Made by a program: the position numbers and the translations under genes
The notes under the pieces: generated by a model
What the model was told of the DNA's origin: nothing
The model's database searches: none
Seen by the model: the letters and a program-made list of their open reading frames with translations, nothing else
Origin: Octopus vulgaris
Lineage: Eukaryota
Direction: 5' to 3'
NCBI GenBank assembly: GCA_951406725.2
Contig: OX597817.1
Location: 57,970,001 to 58,034,000, forward strand
Length of the DNA stretch: 64,000 nt
Part shown: one piece after another, positions 44,330 through 57,383 of the stretch
Position numbering within the stretch: the first letter of the stretch is position 1
Layout: every line of letters begins with the position of its first letter

Positions 44330-44880
44330 CGGGAATAATAAGGGCAAGATGGAAAACGTTTACCTCAATAATGGATGTGCTCAAAGCAAAGCTTGGCAAG
44401 GCCATGCGTGCCAGACTCTTCAATAACACCAGGTTACCTGAGTTCTTATACCTGATATGCATGCTGCGAAGAAGGGAGAACATTGACTGGCTACGACGCA
44501 AAGGGCCATGGAAATATCCATGCTCGGAATATCATGAGATAATTCCAGAACACAGCGGCGTGAACGTCGTAATCGCAGAAATACCGAAAGCAAAATTTTC
44601 GCTGGGCCTGAGACGCTGTAAGGTTCACAGACCACAAGTGGACCCGTGAAGTTGCCGAGTCGTTTCGAAGAGATCGGAACGAGGACACAGAGAAGGCCTC
44701 CACGATGATGGGAAGACAAAGTTTGTATAGAAAATACAAATGGATCGATAATTGATCAATAAAGTTTAAGGTTTTGGGCGAAGATGGGAAAGAATGGCAG
44801 AATCAAGAAAGAACTGGAAACGCATTGTGACCAGCGATGTATAACATCATCTGATAGTCTGGTCGATACAGTGCTGCTAT
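44330..44880 (+). mobile_element. RTE-like LINE 3' remnant
   Basis: RARWKTFTSI..LKAKL....RARLFN and RG.RGRPPR.WED fragments; the tail resembles 40860-40950. Confidence 0.6.
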
Positions 44881-45222
44881 GATGCATTCCTGTATGTGTG
44901 TGTAATCACATACTCAAACAATATCATGCCGACACATCAACCAGTTTTCCGGATGACTGCGTTATAGATTACATTACGTAGCAACCTTCATCTCTATTGC
45001 ATTTTCACGTAAGGAACTTAAATGTATAGCATATCTTCTTATTCTTATTTAAAAAAAATTTTTATGTCTGTTTAAATTTTATGGTGTATTTGCCTTAATT
45101 TGTAAGATAATTAGTCGATAATTAAACATAACAGTCTTGATTAATCCTTTATGATATATATATATGCCCCAGCATGGCCACAGCTCATGAGCTGAAACTA
45201 AAAAAATCAAAATCAAAATCAA

Positions 45223-45266
<44 letters not shown>

Positions 45267-45539
45267 CACATGTATATATAATACAATGACAGGGAAATTT
45301 CCAAAATCGAAGAATAAGAAAAAGTAGATATAAGAATGCAGACAGGATAATGAAAGTTCACAGTTCATCTTTTTCAAGAGTGTATGAAGTACGGAACAAC
45401 CTCTATACCCTCTTGAAAAAGATGAACTGTGAACTTTTATTATCTTGTTTGCATTCTTATATCCACTTTTACTTATTATTCTTCGATTTTATTCCATATA
45501 AACTATAAATGTCCCCGTCTAGATCTTTCTATTCACTTT

Positions 45540-45615
45540 GTCTCTGATGACGGAATACCCAGTGTATGGATATGCTAGCCTATCACTGGGGATATACCAG
45601 AAACAGCTGTTAGAC
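45540..45615 (+). ncRNA. Type I hammerhead ribozyme motif
   Basis: GUCU-CUGAUGA-[stem II with cccagug/cacuggg]-GAAAC-AGCU-GUU-AGAC; palindromic loop III; the base of stem II is mismatched. Confidence 0.55.
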
Positions 45616-46531
45616 TTCAAATTAACCTCACCCTAATTTAATCATTATAAACGACTTGAGATACTCACCCTGCCTTGGTTTTTGATGTACTTTTGTTCCA
45701 ATGTGTGTGTGCGTGTGTGTGTGTGTGTGTATACAATATATAAATATATTGTATTTATATATCATTATCATCATCATCATCATCATTATCATCATAAGAA
45801 TTAAAAAGAAGCTGAAAATTCGATACAGAGGTGAGTCGAACCTCGTACCCATTGCCCACCGGTTGATCATGTGGAGTGGGTTCAGTATTCTGTGTATTTC
45901 TATTGTTTTAAATGGTTTGGTTGCTAAATGTTGTTTTAAGAAGGTTGTCCATGATTAAGTTGTTTAGCTTAGTTTTAATTAATGTCATTTTAATCTTCGC
46001 CGTTAACACGGCAACTACACACACTCATATATATATATATAAAACATAAACAAATGACAACCCGGATATGGATATGACAACCCGGATTGATTAGCGAAGT
46101 CGTTCAATCAGAATAGGACAAACCGAGCACATTGACTTCCTGCATGAAGTGATCTAACCACGAGGCTAAAAAAGGTGGAAATGATAAAAAAAAAATGACA
46201 ACCAGATATAATAGTGAAACAGATGAATGAAAATAGAGTGACCAACAAATTAGTCAATGAAACGATGACAACCACTGTGAATGTCTTAATAAACAACGGT
46301 TATAAAACTGCCAACGAAAAATTATAGTACAAACAAAATAATGAAGCTGATCTAATATGTGTGTACATATTTCTATGTATGTATGTATGTATGTATGTAT
46401 GTATGTATGTATGTATGTATGTATGTATGTATGTATGTATGTATGTATCTCTATCTCTCTCTCTATCTATCTATATATATATATATATATATGAATGGAG
46501 TTAAACGCAGGTCCTATTCAAATTCTTTTAC

Positions 46532-46615
46532 TTCCGACACATGTTTCGAAGATATCACTGGTATTATTCCAAAGGAATAAATGGTGTAAAGCAATGTAAT
46601 CTTCTCTTCAGGGAA
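46532..46615 (-). ncRNA. Type I hammerhead ribozyme motif (Penelope-like repeat)
   Basis: Minus strand reads UUCC-CUGAAGA-GAAGAU..AUCUUC-GAAAC-AUGU-GUC-GGAA: intact core, stems I, II and III, GUC triplet. Confidence 0.7.
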
Positions 46616-46717
46616 ATGAAGAAATGAAACTCGTTAATAGGACATTTTAACAGAAAATGATGGATATGCATGGTGATTAACCTTTAGTTCATATAAGTGA
46701 TATCTATCATTATATAT

Positions 46718-47233
46718 AACTAGTGCCTTTCGGAATGACAGGAAGAGTTTGCCTGAAATCACCTGACAACAGAAGCGTTACACCTCCCATTGGAGCCTGA
46801 CAGTCTCGGATGTCTTTGAGGGCTCTATCTAATGCTTCCAAAGCTCCCTTGTGAGCCATAGTGCACTCATCCCAGACAATTACATAACACATTTTAAGTA
46901 CTTGTCCCTGATCTGAGCTTTTGTTGATGTTGCATGAAGGCATTTCGGATGCTGCTAAATTGAGAGGGAGTTTAAAAGTTGAGTGTGCTGTCCTGCCACC
47001 GGGTAACAAAGTAGCTGCAATGCCAGAGGAGGCTACAGCTACTGCAATGTCCTGATGCTACCTAACTTCTGCAAGGAGAAGCTTTGTAGTAAATGTTTTT
47101 CCTGTCCCTCCAGGAGCATCGAGGAAGAAGATTCGTCCCTCGCGTTGGCGTACACTGTTAAGAATAGTTCTGTAGGCCTGCAGCTGGTCCGGAAGTAATT
47201 TAGGCTCATTTTCAACAATGTACTTTGAAAGCG
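46718..47233 (-). pseudogene. Helitron PIF1 helicase fragment with one in-frame stop
   Basis: FLDAPGGTGKT (Walker A), stop at 47058-47060, ASSGIAATLLPGGRTAHS, IVWDECTM, LLSGDFRQTLPV. Confidence 0.9.
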
Positions 47234-48702
47234 CTTGAGTGTCGTAGGTTGTATATATGTACAAAATCCACTGAGAAGGCTTTTATTGGTCTGGAGCTAC
47301 AGCAGAAGACACATGCCAAGTCACCACACAGTGGGACTGAACCCAGGACTATGTGTTTGGAACGTAGTTTGTTACCACACAGCCACACCTGCCCGTATGT
47401 GTGTGTGTGTGTGTGTGCGTATGTGTGTATGGGTAGATATATTATGCATGTATATATGTGTGTATATATATATATATGTGTACATATTACATGTACATCT
47501 ATATATACATCTACACATAAAATACAAAATACAAAGTTATATCTTGATATCGCTAGTGATAACAATACTCAAAATATATAACAGACTGGAATTGTAGGCC
47601 CGTCTCTTGCAATTTCGATCAATTGGATCTTGTTCTCCCTCTTGTATAGAAGTGTACGGCTGCAGCGAAATTCATTTTTGGACTTTCTTCTATCGAAGGC
47701 ATTTTAACAAAAATGCTTCCGTAAAGACGGTGAAAATATTGTCAATTTCCCCAAACAGGGACACAATTCAATTTTTAAACAATAACGGGGAAGGGCTACG
47801 GTTTACAATTATTTAACAAATGCAACACAACAACGTTTCCCTGATTAGGAACCAACAAACGTGATTACAATAGTCAAACAGTAATAATAATAACAAACCT
47901 TTTTAATTTATCCCCATTTATGTGAAACCACTTATTCAAGTTCAAGTCATTGATGTAATTTTATACGAATTGCTAATACACACACACACACACACATACA
48001 TAACAAGGGTGAAAAATTGAATATTAATTTGATTAATATGAATTGAAAACCAATGGTGTAGCATATAAGACCATAGCGGATCTTCCTCTAGCAAAAACGA
48101 TGACCACTATTAATGGCTCATCCCTGTTATATAATACTTTCACTTTAATAGTTTCCCACTTGCAAAGAGAAAGTAGGAGAAAGTGTGGTGGTAATAGCAG
48201 GAGTAAACCACTTGAAATGAGAGAGGGAAATCGTAAAATATTGAGTTTTCTCGAATTTTTGCTTAATTGGGGGTCAAATTGAAAAAAAACTTTACATGCC
48301 ATGACCCAATCGAATCTACTTGGAAAAATCATAGGTAAATTCCAATTGAAGAAATTCTATATTGTAGAATTGTATTAAAAAGAAACATGAGAACAGGCAG
48401 AGAAAATCTGCCTTTTATCATAAGAGATTTAAACATTAATTTTCTTCTTACATTTCACGTTTACTAGATATATCTTTTTCCAGGTCTATATGGTTTTTAT
48501 TTACTATACATATAATTATATACTTCTCATTTATTTGTTTTTTTTTCTTTTCCTTCCTTTACCCCTCCTCTCTCTATAGGCTCCCTTTGACGTTATATCC
48601 TCTAACGTGTTTTTGAAACAAACTTAATAGCGTTCAGTTAATCACTATACATATCCATCATTTTCTGTTAAAATGTCATATTGACGAGTTTCATTTCTTC
48701 AT

Positions 48703-48789
48703 TTCCCTGAAGAGAAGATTACATTGTTTTACACCATTTTATTCCTTTGGAATAATACCAGTGATATCTTCGAAACATGTGTGTCGGAG
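48703..48789 (+). ncRNA. Type I hammerhead ribozyme motif, inverted sister of 46532-46615
   Basis: UUCC-CUGAAGA(48707-48713)-GAAGAU..AUCUUC-GAAAC(48772-48776)-AUGUGU-GUC-GGAG. Confidence 0.65.
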
Positions 48790-49670
48790 AATTCATCCTC
48801 TCGAATTCATTCGAGAGTGGAACAGCTGTTACGATTATTTACTGCATATATTTTAATCCTTAAACGGCGGACAGCAACAACTGATGTTTCAAAAAAATGT
48901 GTAAAAAGATACGGCCTTCATCACTTAATGCCCGAATCGTCAACTTCGTCAAATGCTTCTAAACGTTAGCGGGCCTTTTCGGGGTGGAGGAAAGAAATCG
49001 CAATTCGACGATTTAAACAGCGATGAAGAAAATTTTGTAAGGCGGACGATGATGAGGATGAAGATGAGGATGATGAAGATGATGCTGTATCTAGATAGCA
49101 TAGAAGCAAGTGATGCTTCCATAAGCTATGGGTAGAAAAAGTGCATCGATTTCCCCCCACCCATTCGTTTGACAACAACAATGTAGGAATCTCAAATGAA
49201 TTTATGCTCATGGCGGATGCAAAAAAAAAGATGAATATTTTACGGCACTTTTTGACAAAACGTGACTGTAAATTTTATTGCGTAAGACGTTAACAGTTGC
49301 TGAAGTTTTTGCAATTATTTAAAATGAAAATAAGTGTAAAAAGATATGTTTTGATTTTTTGTCCGTTTGCTACACACATTCAGTCAGGTTGATACTTTAA
49401 CCTCTGTGGTTTATTTACAAATTTATTGCTTAGATTCTTATTTCTTCCTAACCTAAATTTATATAAGTGTTGCCAACATGACTACATGCATAGACCAGTT
49501 ACGCATTTAGCTTGTAGTTATATAATTGTGCATTCGTATATGATGAAAGTACACACGTAGACTGTAAATTCACTCTTACATTATATCTTTTCTCCGGTAC
49601 TCCGGATAAGAGAGAGAATATAGACTGTATAAATGGGTATATTATATAAATCTCACCTGTTACATTTCAG

Positions 49671-49779
49671 TTGACAACTCAACGAAGAACGCCAGTGCTG
49701 CAGCGGAACAGAATGGAAGCAAAGGCACCGACTATGTCGTGGAAATGTTGATGGTAGCTGATTCTTCTATGTTTGATTA
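49671..49779 (+). CDS. M12B gene exon D, linker and start of protease domain: VDNSTKNASAAAEQNGSKGTDYVVEMLMVADSSMFD
   Basis: Acceptor ctcacctgttacatttcAG; donor TTA|gtaagt; phase 1/2; YVVEMLMVAD matches the reprolysin first strand (Y-x-E-x-x-V-x-D). Confidence 0.9.
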
Positions 49780-49838
49780 GTAAGTAGTCATCTTGAAATA
49801 ATAACAATAATAACAACAACAACAACAACAACAACAAC

Positions 49839-49870
<32 letters not shown>

Positions 49871-49874
49871 TGTC

Positions 49875-50488
49875 AAATTTTTGCCACAAGGACAGCTTGG
49901 GGGAGGGGATTAAGTCGATTACATCGACCCTAGTGCGTAACTGGTACTTATTTAATCGACCCCCGAAAAGATGAAAGGTAAAGTCGACCTCGGCCAAATT
50001 AGAACTCAGAACGTGGCGGCAAACGAAATACCGCTAAGCATTTCGCCCAGCATGCTAATGATTCTGCCAGCTCACCACCTTAATCATCTTTTCTACTCTA
50101 GGCACAGGGCCTGAAATTTTGTGGGAGGGTCCAGTCGATTAGATCGAGCCCAGTACGCAACTGGTACTTAATCTATCGACCCCGAAAGGATGAAAGGCAA
50201 AGTCAATCTCTGCGGAATTTGAACTCAGAACGTAGCGGCAAGCGAAATACCTATTTCTATTTCTTTACTACCCACAAAGAACTAAACACAGAGGAGACAA
50301 ACAAAGACAGACAAACGGATTAGGTCGATTACATCGACCCCAGTGCGTAACTGGTACTTAATTTATCGACCCTGAAAGGATGAAAGGCAAAGTCTACCTC
50401 GGCGGAATTTGAACTCAGAACGTCAAAGCAGACGAAATACTGCTAAGCATTTCGCCCGGCGTGCTAACGTTTCTGCCAGCTCGCTGCC

Positions 50489-50489
<1 letters not shown>
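49875..50489 (-). mobile_element. SINE family B multimer
   Basis: Three reverse-complement bodies; heads at about 50078 and 50489. Confidence 0.85.
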
Positions 50490-50537
<48 letters not shown>

Positions 50538-50551
50538 TAATAATAATAATA

Positions 50552-50622
<71 letters not shown>

Positions 50623-50629
50623 AATAATA

Positions 50630-50875
50630 AGGTATGGTTCCAATGTAGATTATATAAATCAAAGGAGAAAAGTGTTATTCATATAGTAAGTGAATGTAGC
50701 ATTCTGGCATAGAAAGAGTACAAGAAAAGATATGACAACCTAGGGAGAGTAAGCCCCTGGGAGTTATGTAGAAAGCTAGGAGTTGACCATACAAAAGAAT
50801 TTTCGGAATGCGGTCATCTTGCATTCGAATAACATGTCCTGCCCATCTGCACTGAATTCTCAACAGCATGATGTC
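50630..50875. mobile_element. Abutting LINE scraps: R4/Dong-like zinc knuckle (+) and RTE-like fragment (-)
   Basis: CRLYKSKEKSVIHIVSECSILA on +; QCRWAGHVIRMQDDRIPKILLYGQL on -. Confidence 0.65.
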
Positions 50876-51703
50876 GATATTGGAGATAAAGTTTTGACAT
50901 TTTATATCTTTATCTTGTCATTTTATCCTGCAGATATTGCACAGACAGCACACGTGAAGTTTCAAGTTTCTTTATATATCTATAATAGGTATTTCACGCT
51001 TCTACCCCGTACAATAGTGTGCCCTATATACGAGATTTCTATACGGTTGTTTTAGTTTTAAATTGACTTCGTGTTTATCCCACAAACGATGGGAAAGTTT
51101 TCCAAAAGCACTTATAACTTTAGATAATCTAACAGTGATTTAATCATTAAGAGTACTCTTAAAGTTCATTGTACTTTCAACATATTTAAGTGACCTGTGT
51201 GGCTTATTGTCAATAACTACATTTGAATCTTGAGTATGTTTTGTCACAGGATTTACTTGGAATAAAACTTCAGTCCTCTTAATGTTGATAGTCAGCCGAT
51301 CTGGAACATTAGTATCATAAATTCAATGATTTATCCAGTCTAGATCTTCACCCGATGATATCGACACAAAACTTCATTAGTGAGCATTGCTCAATTCTTA
51401 GCCCCTTAATCATAAAAAATAGGTGAATCAGGTCACGTTGGAATTACTATCTATGGATCGGTATCCCAACTATTACTCTATACTAATTAGAGCCAGGTAT
51501 TTGACGATCTGTTTCTATCTGTATAGCAGAAACTTTCCTGTTTAGGAACCTCTCAAATATATCCAGAGCAAGCTATTATTCACTTGTTAGCATATACTAG
51601 TACAAACCATTATACTCCTATAGTTATATACCAGAGTAAGCCATTATACGCTTGTGGAGTTTATAAATCGACTATGTTCAACTGTGCATCTCTCATATTT
51701 CAG

Positions 51704-51797
51704 TTGGGTCAATCAAAGTGAATCGTTGGACAGCAAAGGGAAAATCGTAGAAGCCAGACGATCGCTTGTCGAATATTTCATCTTCTTATTGAACGGA
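51704..51797 (+). CDS. M12B gene exon E: YWVNQSESLDSKGKIVEARRSLVEYFIFLLNG
   Basis: Acceptor ctctcatatttcAG; donor GGA|gtaagt; phase 2/0; amphipathic helix with Y....N typical of reprolysins. Confidence 0.9.
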
Positions 51798-53180
51798 GTA
51801 AGTGCAGTAAACGTCCTCTCTTTACTAGAGTCATTTTTTTTTACGTTTCATTTTTAATAAAATTTCACACCATTAAAGACCCACAATAAACGACTCATGA
51901 CATGTTTGCTAGTTTAAAGCGCAACTCTTACACATCAAAGTTTATGAATAAACTGATAAACCAAGCATGGAATTAGTGAAGGCTCACTATTCAAAAATAG
52001 CAGGTTCTTCAAATTTGGAGTGTTCTCCAATTTCTTAGATAAATTTTAGTTATAGAAATACATTTTCAATTTCACAGAATTTAAAAAGTTTTTAAAGACG
52101 ATATTGAAGTTAAATCTTAACTGCATCGATATTAATGATGTTGGAAACCCTAAAGATCATTGAAACACTTCTTTATCTTCACAAAACTCTGTACCCATCT
52201 GTCGTGTAAATATTTATATAAATATTTATTGGTACTCAGACGGGATGTCAGCCTTACATCATTATATAAATTAGACGTGTCCCTTAGATTCTTATTTATA
52301 TTTTAAATAAGTAGTTCTATTCCAGTGTATGGCAACAGTTTGAAGGCAAAATTTAAGTGATCCCTGATGAGTCTTTAAAAAAATTAAACTTGATGGTTTA
52401 ATTTTCATTCCGAAGTCATGAAGTTTCTAATTTAATCACGGATTTTACAAAATAACCAGCATTTAGTTACAGCCAAACAAAATATATTTTAAAAGACATA
52501 GAAACACAACTCTGTATACACAGAAAACAAGTAGTAGCAAGTACCAAGAAAGCTTGTTGCTTACTTGTTCTAACTAATCTCTATATACACTTATATTTGA
52601 TATACATTTTTATACTTCACAAAAGGACTTTTGTCAGTACTTTCTCTCGATCGTTTTCTTTCATCGTTTACATGTCATCTATTTGTTTATTTATGTTTTT
52701 ATTTATTCATATATGAATCATTTTTAATGGGGTAACTCGAAGTCGCAAAGGTTATAAATATTAGCGTGTAAATATCGGGTTAAAATCTCTTGGATGCAAT
52801 ATTCACACGCTGTTATTTATAGCTTTATCTACTTCGAGTTCTACAATTAAAAACGATTTATTTCCTGTCTCTCAAAGTTTCTAAATTCTTATAATGTAAA
52901 CAAAGCATAATTCTTCGCTGGTAAGAGCAAAGCTTCTAAAACGTATGGAGAAATTTGGAGGATTTCTTTGGTGCAATGGTAGAACGTCTGTCATATTTAC
53001 ACCAGATGTGGGTTCAAGTCGCACAGACAGCCTTCGACGTTTTCCATCCAGTGGTTTTTTAAAACCCAGTATCTATGTGCTTTATCTGTTTCGAGTGCCG
53101 TTATTTAAAATGATTAATTCTATATGTCCCGAAGTTTCCAAATTCTTACGACACAAACACTTCTTTCTTTAATATTTCAG

Positions 53181-53261
53181 GTGGACATTAAATATAACCA
53201 ACTGTCAACGTTGGCCGACTACAACATTCGCCTGACTTTGGCTGGAATTGTGATTGCGGAG
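53181..53261 (+). CDS. M12B gene exon F: VDIKYNQLSTLADYNIRLTLAGIVIAE
   Basis: Acceptor ttctttctttaatatttcAG; donor GAG|gtaatt; 81 nt, phase 0/0; vd..Y.....i.v.L.gi.I pattern. Confidence 0.9.
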
Positions 53262-54306
53262 GTAATTTTGATCCGAAGCCAATCTGAATCCCCATTTTAT
53301 CGTCCACTTTCTGGTGAATTCCCTAAATTGTATGACGTAGGCGCCAGGAAATCGAATACGTAACCCGGTTTTGCTTTCTGCCTGATTTCACTACACATTT
53401 GGTTGACTTAATTCCTCTTCAAAGCTGAAGATTCATTAGTTTCGTCTCAGTTCTAATTTATCATTTTTTTGGTTTGCCTTACCATCTCCACCATCAAATT
53501 CGTTTCTTTATTAATCTTTCTCATCAATTTCTGTCTTCAATCTCTGTTTATACGGTGTGTGGATGTTGATTGGATAGACACAGCGGGTAGATATTGATGA
53601 GATGGAAACAACGTCTATACGTTGATGGTAGAGATATATTCATTATGTTAGTCTATGAAATCAAACTATATGTTCCGTATTAATCTAGTCAACATCAACA
53701 GGCTGTATCTGTCTAGTCATCATATAAATACTGCATCTACTCTCAGCGTACTGCTTCTTTTATCATCCACTACATGCAATATTTAACCAGACAATATTTA
53801 AAACACTGTCGATCTATGCACTCAAAATCGACATATTATGTCTATCCTGTCAACACACACACACACACACATCCAAAATGGAGCCGGATTACCATCATTC
53901 CTTATAAGTGGATCACTTGAAAATTGCAAACTAATGACATGAAACCTGAAGTTATATCGAAAATCCATAACTGTAGAATATACATATTTATAAATTCGCA
54001 TACTGTTTCTAAGTAATCAAATACCCACACAGCGTATATATGCAGCCGACATTTTGCTCGCAGCAGCAGATTGTCAACATCTACACACTGTAACCGTTAA
54101 ATCAGTATATATGCATCCACTGTTTCTATGCCATCAGCATGAATACTGCATCGAAGTAGTGAACATTCATTTACTTTATCTATTCGGCATCTGCATTTTG
54201 TATCTATCAGGTCATCGTCTGAACACCTTATCTAAACAGTCGCCGTACGTCGCCAGTCGACATCTAACAATAACTACCCGCTGTTATCAGTGTACGCATT
54301 CTATGC

Positions 54307-54495
54307 CAGCAGTTCTTAACCATTTTTTAATATCCGAGCCAGAACCAAAACGGATTTTTTTAAGGGTCTGCACCAAATAAAAATAAAGCATAAGTCAATT
54401 AAAGTATTTATTTTTATATTATTATAGATGGAGGGCAATTGGGGGCCGTCGGGAACTGCCTGAAGGATGCTTGGGGCCGCGGTTGAGAACCGCTC
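54307..54495. mobile_element. hAT (Charlie-like) MITE
   Basis: TIRs cagcagttcttaacc / ggttgagaaccgctc; 8-bp flanks ttctatgc and ttttctgc match at 6 of 8 positions. Confidence 0.7.
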
Positions 54496-55356
54496 TTTTC
54501 TGCATTGTAGTCTATTTGATTCATACAACGTTACAACAACCAAGTGAACTTTAAAATAACAAAATATGTCAGCTAGACTTAACAGACGACCAAAGTTTTG
54601 CATCTACGAAGCCGTTTTATCGTAATCAGTAGGCAGCCATGTCTGAAACAGTACAGTGTTGTTGTTGCTGTTGTTGTTGTTGGTGGTGTCTCGCTCATAT
54701 TTTGTTGCTCTTGTTATGTTTTGTGTTTTAAATAGCTTTCTTTTTCCTCTTTTCTGCTTCCGTACCACCGATGTTGCAGCTATAAAGCTTGTTATTATTT
54801 GTTGTTGTTATTTTCCTCTTCGTTTTTTGTAATTTTAGTGGATATTTTTATATTAGTCTTTGTTATTATCGTCGTCGTTGTATTTTCTCCTCCTTTTCCT
54901 ACATATATATATATACACATTAAGTTCGTTTACGGGAAACGTATTGAATATGCATATAAAAACTTCTATTTTATTCTACCAGTTACAGCCTAATGATAAC
55001 AATTGGCGATAGCAGTTGTTTGGGATCGCACCAAGCTGTGCCGATATAATGTAGGATGAATACACACATACACACACACAGACAGACAGACAGACAGACA
55101 CACACACACACACACACATACACACACACAGGTATATATTATTGTGTCTGGGGTGAGTCATTCTGTTTTAATGCCTTATAAATTAACACACTCACCGGTT
55201 CGATTTCTACTCGAATACTTATTTTCTTTTAAAATTATTTTCGTTGCTTCTTGCAACCTATTCTATAGTCGTTGACTCTGTCCGTTATGAGAGGTGCGTT
55301 CTTTTTGTATGTTTGTTTGTGCGTATGTGTGTACGTCAGTGTGCATGTGTATACAC

Positions 55357-55387
<31 letters not shown>

Positions 55388-55518
55388 TGTATGTATGTAT
55401 GTATGTATGTATGTATGTATGTATGTATGTATGGTTGGATGGATGGATGGATGGATGGATGCATGTATGTATGTATGTATGTATGTATGTGTACGTACGT
55501 ACGTATGTGTGTGTATGC

Positions 55519-55565
<47 letters not shown>

Positions 55566-55631
55566 TGCGTGTACGTTTGTATGTATGTAGTCTGTTTGTT
55601 CATGCGTTTGTGTGTTCGTGAAAACGAAATA

Positions 55632-56876
55632 TCAGGTTGAGTGAAAAGTAAACAACGTTTTGAACCATAAAGAATTTGTACCAGATTTTTGCAGAGTTCT
55701 GAATTTTCTTAAACATTTTTTTGCAATTGTCTGATAATACAGACTTAGATTTGCCCAAATGCATCAATAAATTAACATTGACATTTTTTTCATCTGAAAT
55801 GGAGCTGTCAAATCGCGATATTCGAGCAATTTTGCTATTCAACTTCAAAAAAGGACGTAAAGCAGCTGAAACTGCCCACGATATCAAGGAAATGTTTGGT
55901 GAGGAAATGACTTGTGAGTGGTCAGCTCGAAAATGGTTTAAATGATTTCGCAGTGGAGACCTGAGTTTTGAAGATCGTAAGCGTAGTGGATGGCCATCTG
56001 TCATCGATGACGGTCAATTAAAGACTCATTGAGAAAGATCTACGTAAAAGCACTCGAGAACTGGCAAAAGAACTTCAAGTTAGCAAAAAAAAACTACCTG
56101 CAACCAATTGCATGTGATTGGAAAATCAAAAAAGCTTGACAAATGAGTACCACACGATTTGAATGAAAATTAGAAAATGCACAGATATGAAACTTGCTCA
56201 TTGCTTCTTCTCCATAACCAGACCGATTTCTTGACCGTATTGTAATTTGCGATGAGAAGTGGATTCTGTATAATAATAAAAAACGTTCTTCGCAGTGTTT
56301 GGACCAAAATGAAGCACTGAAAACCTTCCCTAAACTTGAGCTCTTCAAAAAGAAGGTTACGGTGGTGTACAGCTGGACTCATCTACTATAACTTCTTAAA
56401 ACCCGGGAAAAGAAACATATTGCCATGAAATTGCCAAAATGAGTGAAAAACTGCTAGTTCTCCGTCCCAGACTGGTAAACAGAAGAAGGACAATCATTCT
56501 TCGTGACAATGCTTGACCATACGTTTCAGTAATGATGCTCCAGAAGTTGAGGGAACTTGGCTACGAAGTTCTTCCCCACCCAGCTTATTCCCCAGACCTT
56601 TCTCCTACCAACTACCACTTTTTCAAGCACCTTGATGGTTTCTTGCGAGAGAAGGAGTTCAAAAACCAAACCGATACTGAAAGTGCATTGAAAGAGTTGA
56701 TACGCTCCAGAACTCCAGATTTTTATGTTACCGGAATAAACAAACTTGTAACTTGTTGGCAAAAAAGTGTTGATTGTAATGGTACTTACTTTGGTGAATA
56801 AAATTTCTGCATTGTTGAAATATATATTGTGATAAATTTCATGTTTCAAAACGTTGCTTACTTTTTATCAGCCTGG
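55632..56876 (+). mobile_element. Full-length decayed mariner transposon
   Basis: About 33-bp TIRs flanked by TA; GRKAAETAHDI HTH, (W)VPHDL, ICDEKW and HPAYSPDLSPTNY motifs with stops and frameshifts. Confidence 0.92.
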
Positions 56877-57237
56877 TACATACACACACACACACACACA
56901 CACAAGCACACACACATACATGCACACACACACACACACACAAACACGTTTCGCAATCACAGAATTTCATTTCAAATCTGAAATTTTATTTTCCTTCTCT
57001 TTCTTACCAAATATTCAAAGCCAGATTGATTTTTGATTTTAACTTAATCACCACCAACACCCCACCATGGCCACCGCCACCGCCATTACCACGCCCACCA
57101 CTACCACCACCACCCCTACTATCATCATCACCATCACCACCACCACTACGACCATCATCATCACCATCACCATCACCATCAGCATCATCCACGCTAACAC
57201 CACCACCGCCACTTCATGTTGTACGTTATGATTACAG

Positions 57238-57383
57238 GACAGAAACGCCAGTTCTTGGACATTCGCAGAGACAGGTTCCCCTGGCAAGACACTTGATGCC
57301 AAAATGACGCTGGAACTCTTCTCAGAATGGCAGGTGACTCAGGACCTATTACCAGCCAAAGATCATTCTATACTCTTCACCAG
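57238..57383 (+). CDS. M12B gene exon G: DRNASSWTFAETGSPGKTLDAKMTLELFSEWQVTQDLLPAKDHSILFT(R)
   Basis: Acceptor gattacAG; donor CAG|gtaagg; phase 0/2; TL..F..W and D-H-x-x-L-F-T are reprolysin/ADAMTS hallmarks. Confidence 0.9.

Noticed and set aside
48950-49380. piggyBac-like remnant (acidic stretch plus Cys-rich bits)
   Set aside because: No clear TIRs, TTAA boundaries or catalytic motifs; too decayed to call.
52363-52425. CTGATGAG hammerhead start
   Set aside because: No downstream GAAAC or supporting stems.
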